Source: a virus | Taxonomy: Duplodnaviria; Heunggongvirae; Uroviricota; Caudoviricetes | DNA length: 43,311 nucleotides | Virus record (IMG/VR): IMGVR_UViG_2537561670_000003 | Coordinates: 1-43,311 of that record | Reading direction: 5' to 3' (one strand) | Shown: positions 8,427 to 18,531 of the stretch, one piece after another | Layout: each line of letters opens with the position of its first letter | Position numbering within the stretch: the stretch's first letter is position 1 | Made by a program: the position numbers and the translations under genes | Notes under the pieces: generated by a model | Database searches by the model: none | Seen by the model: only the letters and a program-made list of their open reading frames with translations | What the model was told of the DNA's origin: nothing

Positions 8427-9138
8427 GCATTCTGTCCTTATGCCTGACCACCCGGACCGTTCTGTCGCGATAATATTTTCCATAAGGCGTTCGCGAAGAA
8501 AGGTGCCCGAAAAGATGATGGAGAATGATGTTATCACCCACATATACCGCGGCGTGATTAGTCACCGATGCCTGCACACTCATCATGATGATATCTCCGG
8601 GCTGCATTGCACCGGCGGCAATCTCAACGAATCCCTCACGCTCCCAGTTGTCGTCGTAGAGACGCTCCTTGCCGCTCTCCCACCATTCGTAAGGTACTGA
8701 ATAATTGCCGAGAACAATGCCGTATTCGCGCAGATAAAATTCACGGATAAGCGACCAGCAGTCGGCGTAACCCAGCACCCACTGCCGCCCGGCATAATCC
8801 CGGTCTTCACGCGGGGAAATCGTACAAAAATCCCCGTCCGGCCAGGACATGATCCCCCACTCAATCCCCGACCAGTCGCACTGGATCCGGTCCAGCTCTG
8901 AGGGCACCAGCCGAACCACATCCGGATGGGAATGAATGAGCATGATGATCTCACCGCGCGCGCGGGCAGCGAGCTGGTCTTCCGGGGAGAGCGTGAATGT
9001 CTCCTCGGGTTTATCGGCAATGTTGCGGCAGGGAATAAAGATTTGTTGCTGGCCTGACTGAACAATCAGGCCGCAGGCTTCTTTGGGGTATTCAGCAGCG
9101 ACGTGCTGACGGATAGCATCCAGCAATTTTTCACGCAT
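8419..9138 (-). CDS. K: Tail assembly protein K (JAB/MPN plus NlpC/P60-like)
   Basis: MREKLLDAIRQHVAAEYPKEACGL...HSHP... matches lambda gpK (recalled). ATG follows the L stop by 2 nt. Confidence 0.85.
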   Translation of the reverse strand: MREKLLDAIRQHVAAEYPKEACGLIVQSGQQQIFIPCRNIADKPEETFTLSPEDQLAARARGEIIMLIHSHPDVVRLVPSELDRIQCDWSGIEWGIMSWPDGDFCTISPREDRDYAGRQWVLGYADCWSLIREFYLREYGIVLGNYSVPYEWWESGKERLYDDNWEREGFVEIAAGAMQPGDIIMMSVQASVTNHAAVYVGDNIILHHLFGHLSSRTPYGKYYRDRTVRVVRHKDRMHG

Positions 9139-9140
9139 TT

Positions 9141-9878
9141 TTATTTCCCCTGCAGGTTTGCAGCCGGAAAACCGCCGAACGGCAGCGGCGCATCCGGGCC
9201 GTGACGATCCTGACAATCCTGCCGGCGGCCGCCACAAACATCTTTCGACGGGTCATCGGTCGGTGTACCGTCTTTGGTAAAGTATTTCGTGCCGTTGTAA
9301 TCGCATCCGGTCCCGCTTCGGTACCAGCCCCGCATACACCAGGTGCAGACAGGCGTAATCTGCCGTGTCGGCAGCTGCAGGCTCTGAATATCGAAAGGAG
9401 AACACAGCTCGAAATCAACCTGTACCCGCGTCTCTGCGGTTTTAGCATTGACGTAAAAGAGCTGTAAGCGCTCATCGGCCGGGCTGGCACCCGGATTACC
9501 GTTTTTCCAGTTGGCGGCATCGAGATACTTCGAAAGCGTGGTATGGATTTTGACCTTAGCCCTGACCATATCGTCATATTCAAGACACAGCGCGGTGACA
9601 TAGTTTCCGACGTTCCCGACGGACAGCGTGGGCGTTGGCTGGGAACCTGTACTCGATAACTCCATCCCCTTAAGTTCGTAGGGATGGGGATCGTACTGGT
9701 TTCCCTGCCAGATAATGGCGGGCAGATTTTCTGCGGCGAAGGCTGCCCACCCCTCTTCCTGAATATTGTGCGCATGAAAACGCAGCACCTGATCCATACC
9801 GAATTCAGTGCCGTCGATCTCAATCAGCTGAATAACGCTGCCGGGCTCAAGCTGTTGTATGTCTGCCGTAAAACTCAT
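9141..9878 (-). CDS. L: Minor tail protein L
   Basis: Cys-rich C-terminus CTWCMRGWYRSGTGCDYNG typical of gpL; position between M and K. Confidence 0.85.
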   Translation of the reverse strand: MSFTADIQQLEPGSVIQLIEIDGTEFGMDQVLRFHAHNIQEEGWAAFAAENLPAIIWQGNQYDPHPYELKGMELSSTGSQPTPTLSVGNVGNYVTALCLEYDDMVRAKVKIHTTLSKYLDAANWKNGNPGASPADERLQLFYVNAKTAETRVQVDFELCSPFDIQSLQLPTRQITPVCTWCMRGWYRSGTGCDYNGTKYFTKDGTPTDDPSKDVCGGRRQDCQDRHGPDAPLPFGGFPAANLQGK

Positions 9879-9934
9879 ACTCCCCCCATAAAAAAAAGCC
9901 GCCCGGAGGCAGCTTTCAGTGTTTTTCGAGAAAA

Positions 9935-10273
9935 TCAGGGCGCGAACGCCTGTTCAAAAGTGAAGGCCACAGTGGCTTTTTTCCCGGTAGGGAAAGAAAC
10001 GCTGAACGAATCGGCCTTCATTCTGAACAGCTTTTTTTCACCCCATGGAGTGGTCCACCAGAACGATTTAGTAACGTGAGACATCAGGAAAGCGCGCAGC
10101 GCAGCCGCCTCCTGTCTGGTGCCCGTCCAGTCCAGGTTCCACGTTTCCTGTTTGTCGTTGATCCCCATCCCCGCTATCTGTTTGTAGCCATCCCCGAACT
10201 GGGCCTGCAGCGTTCGGGCTGTTTCAGTGCCCTGCGCTGTTTTTCGCGTGCGCCAGGTAAACGTGTCCGTCAC
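9935..10273 (-). CDS. M: Minor tail protein M
   Basis: 112 aa, immediately downstream of the tape measure gene, as gpM is in lambda. Confidence 0.75.
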   Translation of the reverse strand: MTDTFTWRTRKTAQGTETARTLQAQFGDGYKQIAGMGINDKQETWNLDWTGTRQEAAALRAFLMSHVTKSFWWTTPWGEKKLFRMKADSFSVSFPTGKKATVAFTFEQAFAP

Positions 10274-13200
10274 TGTGTCCTCCTCGAATAAAGCACGCCG
10301 CCCGCGGACATTTCTTTTTTCAGTCGCTCGGTGATTGTCTGCTGAACAATCGCCTGCAGCTGTTTCGCCGTCCCCGTGGCGTTCGCCTGATTTATGCTTC
10401 CGTCACTCCCCTGCTGGCTGATGCTGACTGGGGCATAAACACTGATCCCGCCCATGCCAGCACCGGCTGCGTTCCCGCCGCCGACCAGACCACCCGAGGC
10501 ATACCCGCGCATCAGGCGATAGAGATTAGCCACGCCGATGCGGCTGGTTGATTCTTTGGTGAAGACGAATTCCCCGCGGTGAACGATACCGGCTGGCTCG
10601 TACTTGCCGCCGTGCCCGGTAAAACCGCCCACGTCAAAACCCTGTGGCCGGTATGACGGGACCGCGAATGACTGACCGGCAGAGGAGGTTTTCGCCCCGC
10701 CGCTAACCCAGCCCATTGCACTCTGGATGGTGTAAGCCACCAGCAGCTGGTTGATAACGGACACAATCATTTTAAGGATCGAGCTGGTGAATTCCCTGAA
10801 GCTCGCCTTCCCGGTTGTCGTCAGGCTGGTAAGCTGGCCCGCCAACCCGCTGAACGTAGCCTGAGAAATCTGCTGAACGGAGCTGAAAACGTTTGTCGCT
10901 GAATCCTGATATTCGGCCCAACCCTGTTTCGCACCGGCCAGCCAGTTTGCACGCAGGGCATCTTCAGCTTCGAACGTCGCCCTTTGCTCTTCCAGAACCT
11001 TTTGCTGCGCCTGAGGGTTGTACGAATAGCTTTCGCTGAGACGCTGCAGCGTAGTTTGTCGCCCGGCTTCCCGGGTGGATAACCCCTCAGACTGAGCCTG
11101 CAGGCCCGCCCTGGCGGCTTTTTGCTGCTGCTCAAACTTCACGGCCTGATCGGCCAGCTGGTTGAGCTTTTGCTGGCTGGCAACCTTATCGCCCAGGTCG
11201 GCCAGCTGCCGCTTGTACTCGAGCGTTTCTTCTTTGTGCGCCAGCAGGGATTTTTCCTGCGCCGTAAGCTGACGACGCCCAGCGGCCTCCTGCAGAACGG
11301 TGAACTGATTTTCAGTTTGCCAGAGATCCTGACGCTGTTTACTTATGACGTCGTTCACGCTGGTATGCTGCTCAAGCGTTTTAAGCTGGGCCTGAAGGGT
11401 GAGAAGTTCGGCCTGCGCCTTTTCCTCGGCTTTGTCCCCGGCGGGCGTTGAGTAGCTTTTGCCTTTCGGTGTTTTTGGATCCTTCCACTGCTTTTCAATC
11501 CCGGCGCGGGCCGCGGCAATGTCCTTTTCAGTCCACAGCGTGGCGACACCGTCTTTCGCATCCTGGCGGTTTTTCTCAATAAGCTGACTGAGCTTTTTCT
11601 CTGCTGAAGCCCGCTTTTCTGCCGCCGTCGCGCCGGACTCCACCAGCTGGTTAAACTGCTGCTGGCTGCGGATTGCCTGAGCCTGCTGGTCCGTTCGCAT
11701 TTTTTCCCGCGCGGCTGCCAGCCCTTCCTGGGCGTATTGCTGATCGGCAAGATCGTAAGCCTGCTTTTTCAGCTCCACCTGCTGGCGCGCGTTTCTCAGC
11801 CTTTCCGCATCCGCTTTCTGCAGAACGTTGTTACCGGCATAATCCGGGTCGACCTTAAGATTGCTGGACAGCGCGCGGTACTCTTTCTCTGCTGCCTGCC
11901 ACTCAGCAAAAGAGTCCTGGCGCTTCATCGCGGTGTCAGGATTACGCCCGACGCCCAGCATCGCATCCCACGCACCGGAGGCGGCATTCTTCACCCAGTT
12001 CCAGGCTTTTTCGAGGGATCCGAGATTATCCTCGACCGCACCGGCGCGCTGAATGACCGCGTCGGAATATGCCCGCATGGCCAGCTCGGCAGCCTTCTGA
12101 GAATCCCCCAGCGCCTGAGCAGAAGCTATCTGTTCATACTGGGTGGCTGTCAGAAAATGAAGGGAATCGTTGAGCGTCGCGACCGCGTTAACCGGATCAT
12201 CCTTCAGGCGTTTAAACTGATTTATGGTTTCGTCAACGGCCTGCCCGGTAGCCTGCTGCAGCCTGGCGGCAACATTGCTGACCATGCTGACGTCATTACC
12301 GCTGAACGCGCCGCTGCCAACGACCTGCGCCAGCACGCCTGCAGCGGCATGCTGAGTGATGCCATTACCTGCCAGCGAGCGCGCCAGCGCCTGCAGCTGC
12401 CCTGACGTTTTCCCCGCGTAGTTCCCGGTCAGGATCAGCTGCCTGTTAAATTCCTCAGACTCTTTGCTGCCGTCGTACCAGGCCTTACCCAACCCGAATA
12501 CCGCCGCGGCAATCCCTCCGACCATGCTGGCGATCCCAAGACCGCGCAGTGACAGAAGCTGGTCTATCCACCCTGCCCGGTTAGCCAGCGTGATCCCGGA
12601 GCCGCGCAGCGCGCCGAAGTTACCGCGCATGACCTCGCCGATCAGTATTCCCAGTTCCTGCCGGGCGGCGGCACTTTGCAGCCCCAGACCGTGCGTGGCG
12701 ACTTTGGCAGCTTCGAGCTTGCGGATATAGACTTCAGCCGCATCGCTGGCACCGACCTGCGCCGCCTTCATGCGCAGTAGCTCGGTACCGGAGAGCTTTT
12801 GCTCTGCAACCTGTTGCTTCAGCTGGCTGAGGAATCGCGTGCGCGCTGCGGCCGATTTTTCCTCCACGATCTGCAGTTCTTTTTGACGGGCCGTGGTGCG
12901 GGAAATAAGGGCGAGATAATCCTGCTGGGTTATGTTGCCCTGTGCCCTCGCTGCGCGAAAGCGCGCCTGCACGTTCGCAAGCGACTGTGTTTCACCATTG
13001 AGCTGGCGTACGCCGTCGATCTGGCGGAAAAATGATGCCGCAAGTTCATCCTGTCGACGGGCAAGCGCAGCGGCCTGCCCGTCATTCTCACGCATGCGCT
13101 GATTAAGCTCGGTCACGCGGCGGTGAGTTTCATCAACGGACTTTGAAACGTTCTGCCAGTCTTTGGTAAGCCCTTCCGTTGCGGCCGACTGGCGGGATTT

Positions 13201-13407
13201 CATATCTGCGGCAGCCGCCGCGCCAGCGTCACCCACGGTTTTAAACGCAGCCGCCTGCCGCTCTGAAGCGCGCTGCATTCGCGTCTGGACTTTTTCAGAG
13301 TCCTCAGCCATCCCGGTTAGCTGGCCCTTTATGCGGGCAACCTGCTCACTAAACGTGGCGCTGTCGACGTCAAGGTTGATGACCAGATCGCTAATCTGCT
13401 GGGCCAT
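10270..13407 (-). CDS. H: Tail tape measure protein H
   Basis: 1045 aa, alanine/glutamine-rich coiled-coil character, located between G/T and M. Confidence 0.85.
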   Translation of the reverse strand: MAQQISDLVINLDVDSATFSEQVARIKGQLTGMAEDSEKVQTRMQRASERQAAAFKTVGDAGAAAAADMKSRQSAATEGLTKDWQNVSKSVDETHRRVTELNQRMRENDGQAAALARRQDELAASFFRQIDGVRQLNGETQSLANVQARFRAARAQGNITQQDYLALISRTTARQKELQIVEEKSAAARTRFLSQLKQQVAEQKLSGTELLRMKAAQVGASDAAEVYIRKLEAAKVATHGLGLQSAAARQELGILIGEVMRGNFGALRGSGITLANRAGWIDQLLSLRGLGIASMVGGIAAAVFGLGKAWYDGSKESEEFNRQLILTGNYAGKTSGQLQALARSLAGNGITQHAAAGVLAQVVGSGAFSGNDVSMVSNVAARLQQATGQAVDETINQFKRLKDDPVNAVATLNDSLHFLTATQYEQIASAQALGDSQKAAELAMRAYSDAVIQRAGAVEDNLGSLEKAWNWVKNAASGAWDAMLGVGRNPDTAMKRQDSFAEWQAAEKEYRALSSNLKVDPDYAGNNVLQKADAERLRNARQQVELKKQAYDLADQQYAQEGLAAAREKMRTDQQAQAIRSQQQFNQLVESGATAAEKRASAEKKLSQLIEKNRQDAKDGVATLWTEKDIAAARAGIEKQWKDPKTPKGKSYSTPAGDKAEEKAQAELLTLQAQLKTLEQHTSVNDVISKQRQDLWQTENQFTVLQEAAGRRQLTAQEKSLLAHKEETLEYKRQLADLGDKVASQQKLNQLADQAVKFEQQQKAARAGLQAQSEGLSTREAGRQTTLQRLSESYSYNPQAQQKVLEEQRATFEAEDALRANWLAGAKQGWAEYQDSATNVFSSVQQISQATFSGLAGQLTSLTTTGKASFREFTSSILKMIVSVINQLLVAYTIQSAMGWVSGGAKTSSAGQSFAVPSYRPQGFDVGGFTGHGGKYEPAGIVHRGEFVFTKESTSRIGVANLYRLMRGYASGGLVGGGNAAGAGMGGISVYAPVSISQQGSDGSINQANATGTAKQLQAIVQQTITERLKKEMSAGGVLYSRRTQ

Positions 13408-13663
13408 ATCGGATACCTCCTGTTATCCCCTCAGCTGCGGCCATCAGCGCATCATCATCCGGCTCGTCATCGCTGATGACGATACCGGAAGGAGAAAGCA
13501 GGCTGAAATGTGCGGGGGTAAGTTCCGGGTCGCGGAAGAAAAGAGTGGAGATGGAATAAAGCAGCTCTGAGAAATGCGCATCGAGCTGAGCGTCCTGAAA
13601 ATAATGCTCCCGGTAGAACTGGTGCCAGTCGCCCAGCTCAGTGGAAGTCATTCCAGCCAGCAT
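13391..13663 (-). CDS. T: Tail assembly chaperone T segment (expected to be made as G-T fusion by -1 frameshift)
   Basis: By ORF-track coordinates it is in the -1 frame relative to G and lies between G and H, the conserved lambdoid arrangement. An A-rich GGAAAAG stretch lies near the G 3' end. Confidence 0.5.
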   Translation of the reverse strand: MLAGMTSTELGDWHQFYREHYFQDAQLDAHFSELLYSISTLFFRDPELTPAHFSLLSPSGIVISDDEPDDDALMAAAEGITGGIRYGPAD

Positions 13664-13713
13664 GGCGCGCCAGTCGGGTCGCCCGAACTCGCGCGCCAGA
13701 TTCAGGACAAACT

Positions 13714-14145
13714 TCAGCTCGCTGGCAAGGGCTTTTCCGCCGCAACGGGTTCTGCGCTTTCGGCCTCCGCTGGGGCATCCGGATCGGCAGCTTTGTCATC
13801 CTCAACCGGAACGAGCATGCCGGAGAGCAGCTTTATTTCCATTTCTGCTTTACCGATCGCCTCCGGCGGCCAGCCGCTAAGCACCTGCTGGTAAAGCGTC
13901 TCCACATCCGTGCCAGCCGGATCGTTATGCCACAAAGACATCGCAATCAAACGCGCACCGCAGCGAATATTTGAGCCAATCAGCCTGGCCGTCATTTCCT
14001 GATCGCTGATGCCGTCGCTGTCAGCGCTGACGGCCTTTTCCTCTGCGGCCATAAACGTGATGTACTCAATACGCTGAAGCGCCGACAGCTCGAAGATGGT
14101 CAGTGATTCTTTTTGCCAGGTGAACTTCTCTTTTTTCAGAAACAT
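13714..14145 (-). CDS. G: Tail assembly chaperone G
   Basis: MFLKKEKF...LSALQRIEY...AMSLWHN... closely resembles lambda gpG (recalled). Confidence 0.8.
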   Translation of the reverse strand: MFLKKEKFTWQKESLTIFELSALQRIEYITFMAAEEKAVSADSDGISDQEMTARLIGSNIRCGARLIAMSLWHNDPAGTDVETLYQQVLSGWPPEAIGKAEMEIKLLSGMLVPVEDDKAADPDAPAEAESAEPVAAEKPLPAS

Positions 14146-14155
14146 GCGTCCTTCC

Positions 14156-14899
14156 TTACGCTGCAGTTACGGTAACTTTGCAGACCGCAACGAAATTACC
14201 GTCGCTGGTCATAACAATAACGTCAGCGGTGCCTGCCGCCACGCCGGTGACGGTGATCGCATTACCGCTAACGGTGACCGTTGCTTTTGCCCCGTCTGAG
14301 GTTGCCACACGGAACGAGGTATCTGAGGCACTGGCTGGGTTAACCGTCACATTGAGCGTTGTGGTTGCGCCGACGGCCACGCTTGCCGTGGCTTTATCGA
14401 GCGTAACGCCTGTCACGGGGATATTCGGGGTCCCGCTTTCTTCTGCCAGTTCCGGCTTGCCGGTATTGGTAATTTTCGCTGTACGGGTTATGACCTCTTT
14501 TGCCGGAATGGCTTTACCCAGGCTGCTGCACCAGCCGCGGAAAACGTCGACGGTACCGTTCGGGTATTTGATTTTGTAATAGCGTACTGAGCCATCAATA
14601 AACCATGCGACAAGGTCTTTTTGCCCTTCTTCGCCCGGCTTCCAGGCGAGGGTGAACGAGGTATCGCCAGCAGATTTTGCCCCCTGGGCCGTCGCGTTCC
14701 AGTCGGCATCCTCGTCGTCGAGGTAAGTGTCGTCATACGATTCGGCGGTCATTTCGCCCGGCGTCAGCTCTTTAATTTTCGCCAGGCGGTTCCAGTCGAT
14801 ATCCGAGAGTGGGTTAGCGAAAGCGTTGCCCGTTCCGGTGTAAAGCCAGAGGGTGGTACCGGCACCTTTCACAGGGGCCAGCGGGTTTGGAGTAGGCAT
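14156..14899 (-). CDS. V: Major tail protein V with C-terminal Ig-like domain
   Basis: [18 protein letters not shown]...[13 protein letters not shown]...GTVDVFRGW... is near-collinear with lambda gpV (recalled). Confidence 0.9.
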   Translation of the reverse strand: MPTPNPLAPVKGAGTTLWLYTGTGNAFANPLSDIDWNRLAKIKELTPGEMTAESYDDTYLDDEDADWNATAQGAKSAGDTSFTLAWKPGEEGQKDLVAWFIDGSVRYYKIKYPNGTVDVFRGWCSSLGKAIPAKEVITRTAKITNTGKPELAEESGTPNIPVTGVTLDKATASVAVGATTTLNVTVNPASASDTSFRVATSDGAKATVTVSGNAITVTGVAAGTADVIVMTSDGNFVAVCKVTVTAA

Positions 14900-14908
14900 A
14901 AGTACCTC

Positions 14909-15310
14909 TTAAATTGAATAGGTGATTAAGTACGTGAAATCGACTGAACCCCAGGTGGCCATTTCATCATCCCGCTGATAGTCATAACCCTGCGGGGTGA
15001 ACGTCTCGACCAGTTCGGTCAGACCTGGGATGAAGGCCATTGCCGGATACACTTTCTCTTCCATCCAGGAATCAAGCGCGCTGTCGGGGCTGGAGGCTTT
15101 AAGAAATACCTCGATGTGAACAACCGCCTGCCACGAATCTTCGTCAAGCGAATCGCCGGTGTACTCCGCGTCAGAAAGGTATACAGCCACGGCAGGGAGA
15201 TCCTGCTCTTCAAGAAAAACAGGGCGCCCGTCAAACCAGGTGACCGTGTCGGTGATCTCGGCTTTCAGTTTGGCCAGAATGGCTGCACGAATTGCGCTGT
15301 GTCTGTTCAT
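14909..15310 (-). CDS. U: Tail terminator protein U
   Basis: ...PAVAVYLSDAEYTG...HIEVFL...GYDYQRDD... matches lambda gpU (recalled). Confidence 0.85.
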   Translation of the reverse strand: MNRHSAIRAAILAKLKAEITDTVTWFDGRPVFLEEQDLPAVAVYLSDAEYTGDSLDEDSWQAVVHIEVFLKASSPDSALDSWMEEKVYPAMAFIPGLTELVETFTPQGYDYQRDDEMATWGSVDFTYLITYSI

Positions 15311-15885
15311 CGCTTCAGGTGGATCCTCAGTTGGTTTTTCAGGGCTGCGGAAAGTTCTTTGGGCATATCGCTTTCAATAAGGCGCTTTGAAATAGCGGTG
15401 AAGGCCACGGTGAGCGGTGTCTCAAGAGGAACTTTGACCACATCAATCGGATAACGGGCCTGACCTACGCGCCGCATGACCTGCCAGCGCCCGTTCGCAA
15501 GCTGTTGGATAAAAGCGTTACGAAAGGTATAGGGCCCGATTTTAAGGACGCTGCCCGCTCCGTTTCTGGCCCCTTTTTTACGCGAGAGCCTGACGCGCGC
15601 CGTGCCGAGCTTTATCGCAGGAAGATTACCGCGGTTGATTTTTATCGACGCGACCGGGCGATCGTGACGGGCCTTGCGCAGACGGGAACGCTGGCGGACC
15701 AGACGAACCGGAAGCCCCTTTTTCCGGTTATCATCAACTGTTGCTTCTTTCGCTACAGCTTTGCTCCCCTGGCTTATCGTTCTTCTGGCCACCCTGTTAA
15801 GTGCTTTTGCGGTTGCCTCAGGAACGATTAACCGGCTGAGGCTGTTCAGGTTCTGAATAGCCCTTTCCAGTCCTTTCACAGACAT
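15307..15885 (-). CDS. Z: Tail completion protein Z
   Basis: MSVKGLERAIQNL...FIQQLANGRWQVMRRVG...YPIDVVKVP... matches lambda gpZ (recalled). Confidence 0.85.
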   Translation of the reverse strand: MSVKGLERAIQNLNSLSRLIVPEATAKALNRVARRTISQGSKAVAKEATVDDNRKKGLPVRLVRQRSRLRKARHDRPVASIKINRGNLPAIKLGTARVRLSRKKGARNGAGSVLKIGPYTFRNAFIQQLANGRWQVMRRVGQARYPIDVVKVPLETPLTVAFTAISKRLIESDMPKELSAALKNQLRIHLKR

Positions 15886-15894
15886 AGCGCCTCC

Positions 15895-16170
15895 TCATTC
15901 GAGATGGATGCGGGGTTTTCCGTTGAACATGTCATAGCGGGTAACGATCAGGTTCTTACCGTCGTAGTCGACGCTGTCGTTTCGGCGTGGCTGGTAAAGC
16001 TCAGAGAAAACCACCAGCGAAGTACCTGTTCCCGACAATGGCCCCATTTCCTCGAGTTGCTCGGCGGGAACAACGTCATAGCTGCTGCCATTGATGATCG
16101 CTGTCTTTCCCATCTTTTTTATAGTGGCCGCGTCCATGCGCGCCGCCATCCGGTCAAAGGAGTTAGGCAT
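15895..16170 (-). CDS. Head-tail joining protein (FII-like)
   Basis: Position between head genes and Z. Start placed at MPNSFDR to avoid a long overlap; the ORF could extend to 16233. Confidence 0.5.
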   Translation of the reverse strand: MPNSFDRMAARMDAATIKKMGKTAIINGSSYDVVPAEQLEEMGPLSGTGTSLVVFSELYQPRRNDSVDYDGKNLIVTRYDMFNGKPRIHLE

Positions 16171-16489
16171 TGATCTTAACTTCAACAACGGTGGTGTTTG
16201 CCCCTGCATCTTCCCAGGCGATGCCCGCGGCAACGGCGTCCGTTTCTTCGATCGTGATTTTGCCGTCCTTCAGATACACCTGCGCCCCGGCAGTAACCGC
16301 ATCTGCGGATACTTTTGGCAGGAGGAAAACACCCTCAGTAAAACCGTCCCCGGTATCGCCAGCCGGGATATCGGTAATTGCCACCGCGATAAGTTTTCCA
16401 ACAACAACCGGGTCGCCGCTGTGAACATCGGTTGCACCACTGTTTACCAGAGGGATCGTTTTCCCGTCCTGCGCATAGTTCTTAGCCAT
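16163..16489 (-). CDS. Small head/connector-associated protein (Gly-rich, acidic; function unassigned)
   Basis: 108 aa between the capsid gene and FII-like gene. A weak hairpin plus T-run precedes it in the gap after the capsid gene. Confidence 0.5.
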   Translation of the reverse strand: MAKNYAQDGKTIPLVNSGATDVHSGDPVVVGKLIAVAITDIPAGDTGDGFTEGVFLLPKVSADAVTAGAQVYLKDGKITIEETDAVAAGIAWEDAGANTTVVEVKINA

Positions 16490-16571
16490 AACTTCTCCAT
16501 TCAGCCCCTTTCGAGGCTGGTTTCAGGTATAAAAAAAGCCCTTACGGGCGTCTGTTTGTCAGGACTGTTTT

Positions 16572-18518
16572 TTACTGACCAGAGGATTTGGTCATGCCGC
16601 GATAGTCCAGCGGCGCCACGCCAGCATCAATACGCACTTTCGTGGCGATACCATCAGTGGTGAAGCCTTCCTGCTGATCGATGTATGGCGTGTCGACGCC
16701 GTTGAGATAAGCGACCTCAATGGTGTCGGTGCCCTTCGCGGCAGCCAGATACCAGGCTTTCGCATCAGCTTCATCCAGACGTGGTTCGGCAATGACTTCT
16801 GCAAAGTTCTGGATAGGGTTAACGATCCCGGCATTGATGTCTGCACCTTTAACACTGGCCGACTTGATGGTCTGATTTGCCAGAGTTTCCAGGGCGACGG
16901 GCACCAGCATGTAGGCCGGACGGATATTCAGGGTTCGCTCCCCCTCCTTCTGCAGACGCATCAGCTTGCGCGATTCGTCCAGGCTGGCCACAGAAATTGC
17001 ACCCGAGCTCAGGTTCTTGTGATCGGCATGGAACAGCGCCTTTCCGTCTGAGAGTTTCGGGTTTTTGGTCAGAATGGCGTAAACCAGATCGCCAATCGTT
17101 GCTTTCGCCGCGCGCCCCATCTTCATCGGTACGTCGGTAAGCTGGTTCAGATCGTCGTTGATGATCGCCTGGCGAGTTACTGAGAAGATTTCACCATACG
17201 TGGCAAGCGCGATGGTTTCGCCTTTGTCACTGGTAGTGATGTACTTGTACTCAGCCCCTTCGCGAACCTGTCGCAGAGAAGGGAACCCACCCATACCGAC
17301 ACGATGCGCCGTTTTGAAGTCCGACAGCTGGCCTTTTTTGGTCCACTGCTCGAAGGTTTCCTGCGCCTCGTCCCAGCCCTGAATCAGCGCTTTGTTCGCA
17401 ACATCAAGCAGAATGTTGCCAAAGTCAGAGGTGCTGTGGGTCAGCGCCAGGCCAACCATCTGCATCGGGTTGTAGCTGGCCACGCCGATACCTTTTTCTG
17501 TCAGGGCCATACGCGCATACTCGCGCAGCGTCATACCGTTATAAACGTTATCCCGCTCCTGACCTTCGAACCCGGCACGCGCCATCAGTGCCTGGCGAAT
17601 ACCATCCGCGACGAAGTTACCGTTGCCCGCATGAATATGCGGCTGAGTGGTTTTATTGGACGGCGTGGCCGTTTTACCGAGTTCTGCCAGCAGCAAATCT
17701 TTCGCCTTATCGACGGAGCAATCAGGGTCGGCCACACACTGATTCTGCAGTTCCATGTGCTTATTACCGAACATGGCAAAGAGATCGCCGATAGCGTTAA
17801 CACGGGTTTTCTGCTCAGCCAACACCTGCGCGCGGATCGCATTTTCATCCGGTGCCGGGTCTGTTTTTGCCTGCGGTGCCTGAGGCTGGGTAATAACCGG
17901 GTCACGCTGGGTAGTGTTGCGCGGCGGGGTGATCATGTTGCGAATGCTTTTTGGCATTTTTTCAAATTCCTCAATACGTTTTGAATGAATACAGGCCATA
18001 GCCTGAAGGGATGGTGTCACCTGGTCGGCAAAACCCAGTTCAAGGCACTCGCTGCCGTTCATCCAGGTTTCGTCCTCCAGCATTACCGCAATTTCTTCGG
18101 TGGATTTTCCGGTTTTCTGTGCATAAGCCGGGATAAGAACGGATTCAACCTTGTCGAGAAGATCCGCATAGTCGCGCATATCGCTCGCGTCACCACCAGC
18201 AAACCCCCAGGGCTTATGGATCATCATCATCGTGTTTTCAGGCATGATGACCGGATTGCCTACCATCGCAATCACCGAGGCCATGGAGGCCGCCAGACCG
18301 TCGATATGTACGGTAATCGCCGCGCCGTGGTGCTTCAGCGCGTTATAAATAGCAATTCCGTCGAAGACATCACCACCGGGCGAGTTGATATAAAGGTTGA
18401 TGTGGGTGACGTCCCCAAGTGCCCGGAGATCATTGACGAACTGTTTCGCCGTTACGCCCCAGTACCCGATTTCGTCATAAATAAAAATGTCGGCCTCACT
18501 GTTATTGCTGGCCTGCAT
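16572..18518 (-). CDS. Prohead protease (ClpP/S14-like) fused to major capsid protein
   Basis: N-terminal ...INSPGGDVFDGIAIYNA...ASMASVI...MIHKP... is ClpP-like, followed by a capsid-sized domain in one ORF. ATG at 18518 lies 14 nt after the portal stop. Confidence 0.8.
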   Translation of the reverse strand: MQASNNSEADIFIYDEIGYWGVTAKQFVNDLRALGDVTHINLYINSPGGDVFDGIAIYNALKHHGAAITVHIDGLAASMASVIAMVGNPVIMPENTMMMIHKPWGFAGGDASDMRDYADLLDKVESVLIPAYAQKTGKSTEEIAVMLEDETWMNGSECLELGFADQVTPSLQAMACIHSKRIEEFEKMPKSIRNMITPPRNTTQRDPVITQPQAPQAKTDPAPDENAIRAQVLAEQKTRVNAIGDLFAMFGNKHMELQNQCVADPDCSVDKAKDLLLAELGKTATPSNKTTQPHIHAGNGNFVADGIRQALMARAGFEGQERDNVYNGMTLREYARMALTEKGIGVASYNPMQMVGLALTHSTSDFGNILLDVANKALIQGWDEAQETFEQWTKKGQLSDFKTAHRVGMGGFPSLRQVREGAEYKYITTSDKGETIALATYGEIFSVTRQAIINDDLNQLTDVPMKMGRAAKATIGDLVYAILTKNPKLSDGKALFHADHKNLSSGAISVASLDESRKLMRLQKEGERTLNIRPAYMLVPVALETLANQTIKSASVKGADINAGIVNPIQNFAEVIAEPRLDEADAKAWYLAAAKGTDTIEVAYLNGVDTPYIDQQEGFTTDGIATKVRIDAGVAPLDYRGMTKSSGQ

Positions 18519-18531
18519 GCGGAACCACGAA

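Noticed and set aside
10076-13035. Numerous plus-strand ORFs (60-220 aa) inside the tape-measure gene, and similar ones inside J, terminase and portal
   Set aside because: They are antisense to long, well-supported structural genes in GC-rich sequence, with Arg/Pro/Ala-rich composition typical of chance open frames and no RBS.
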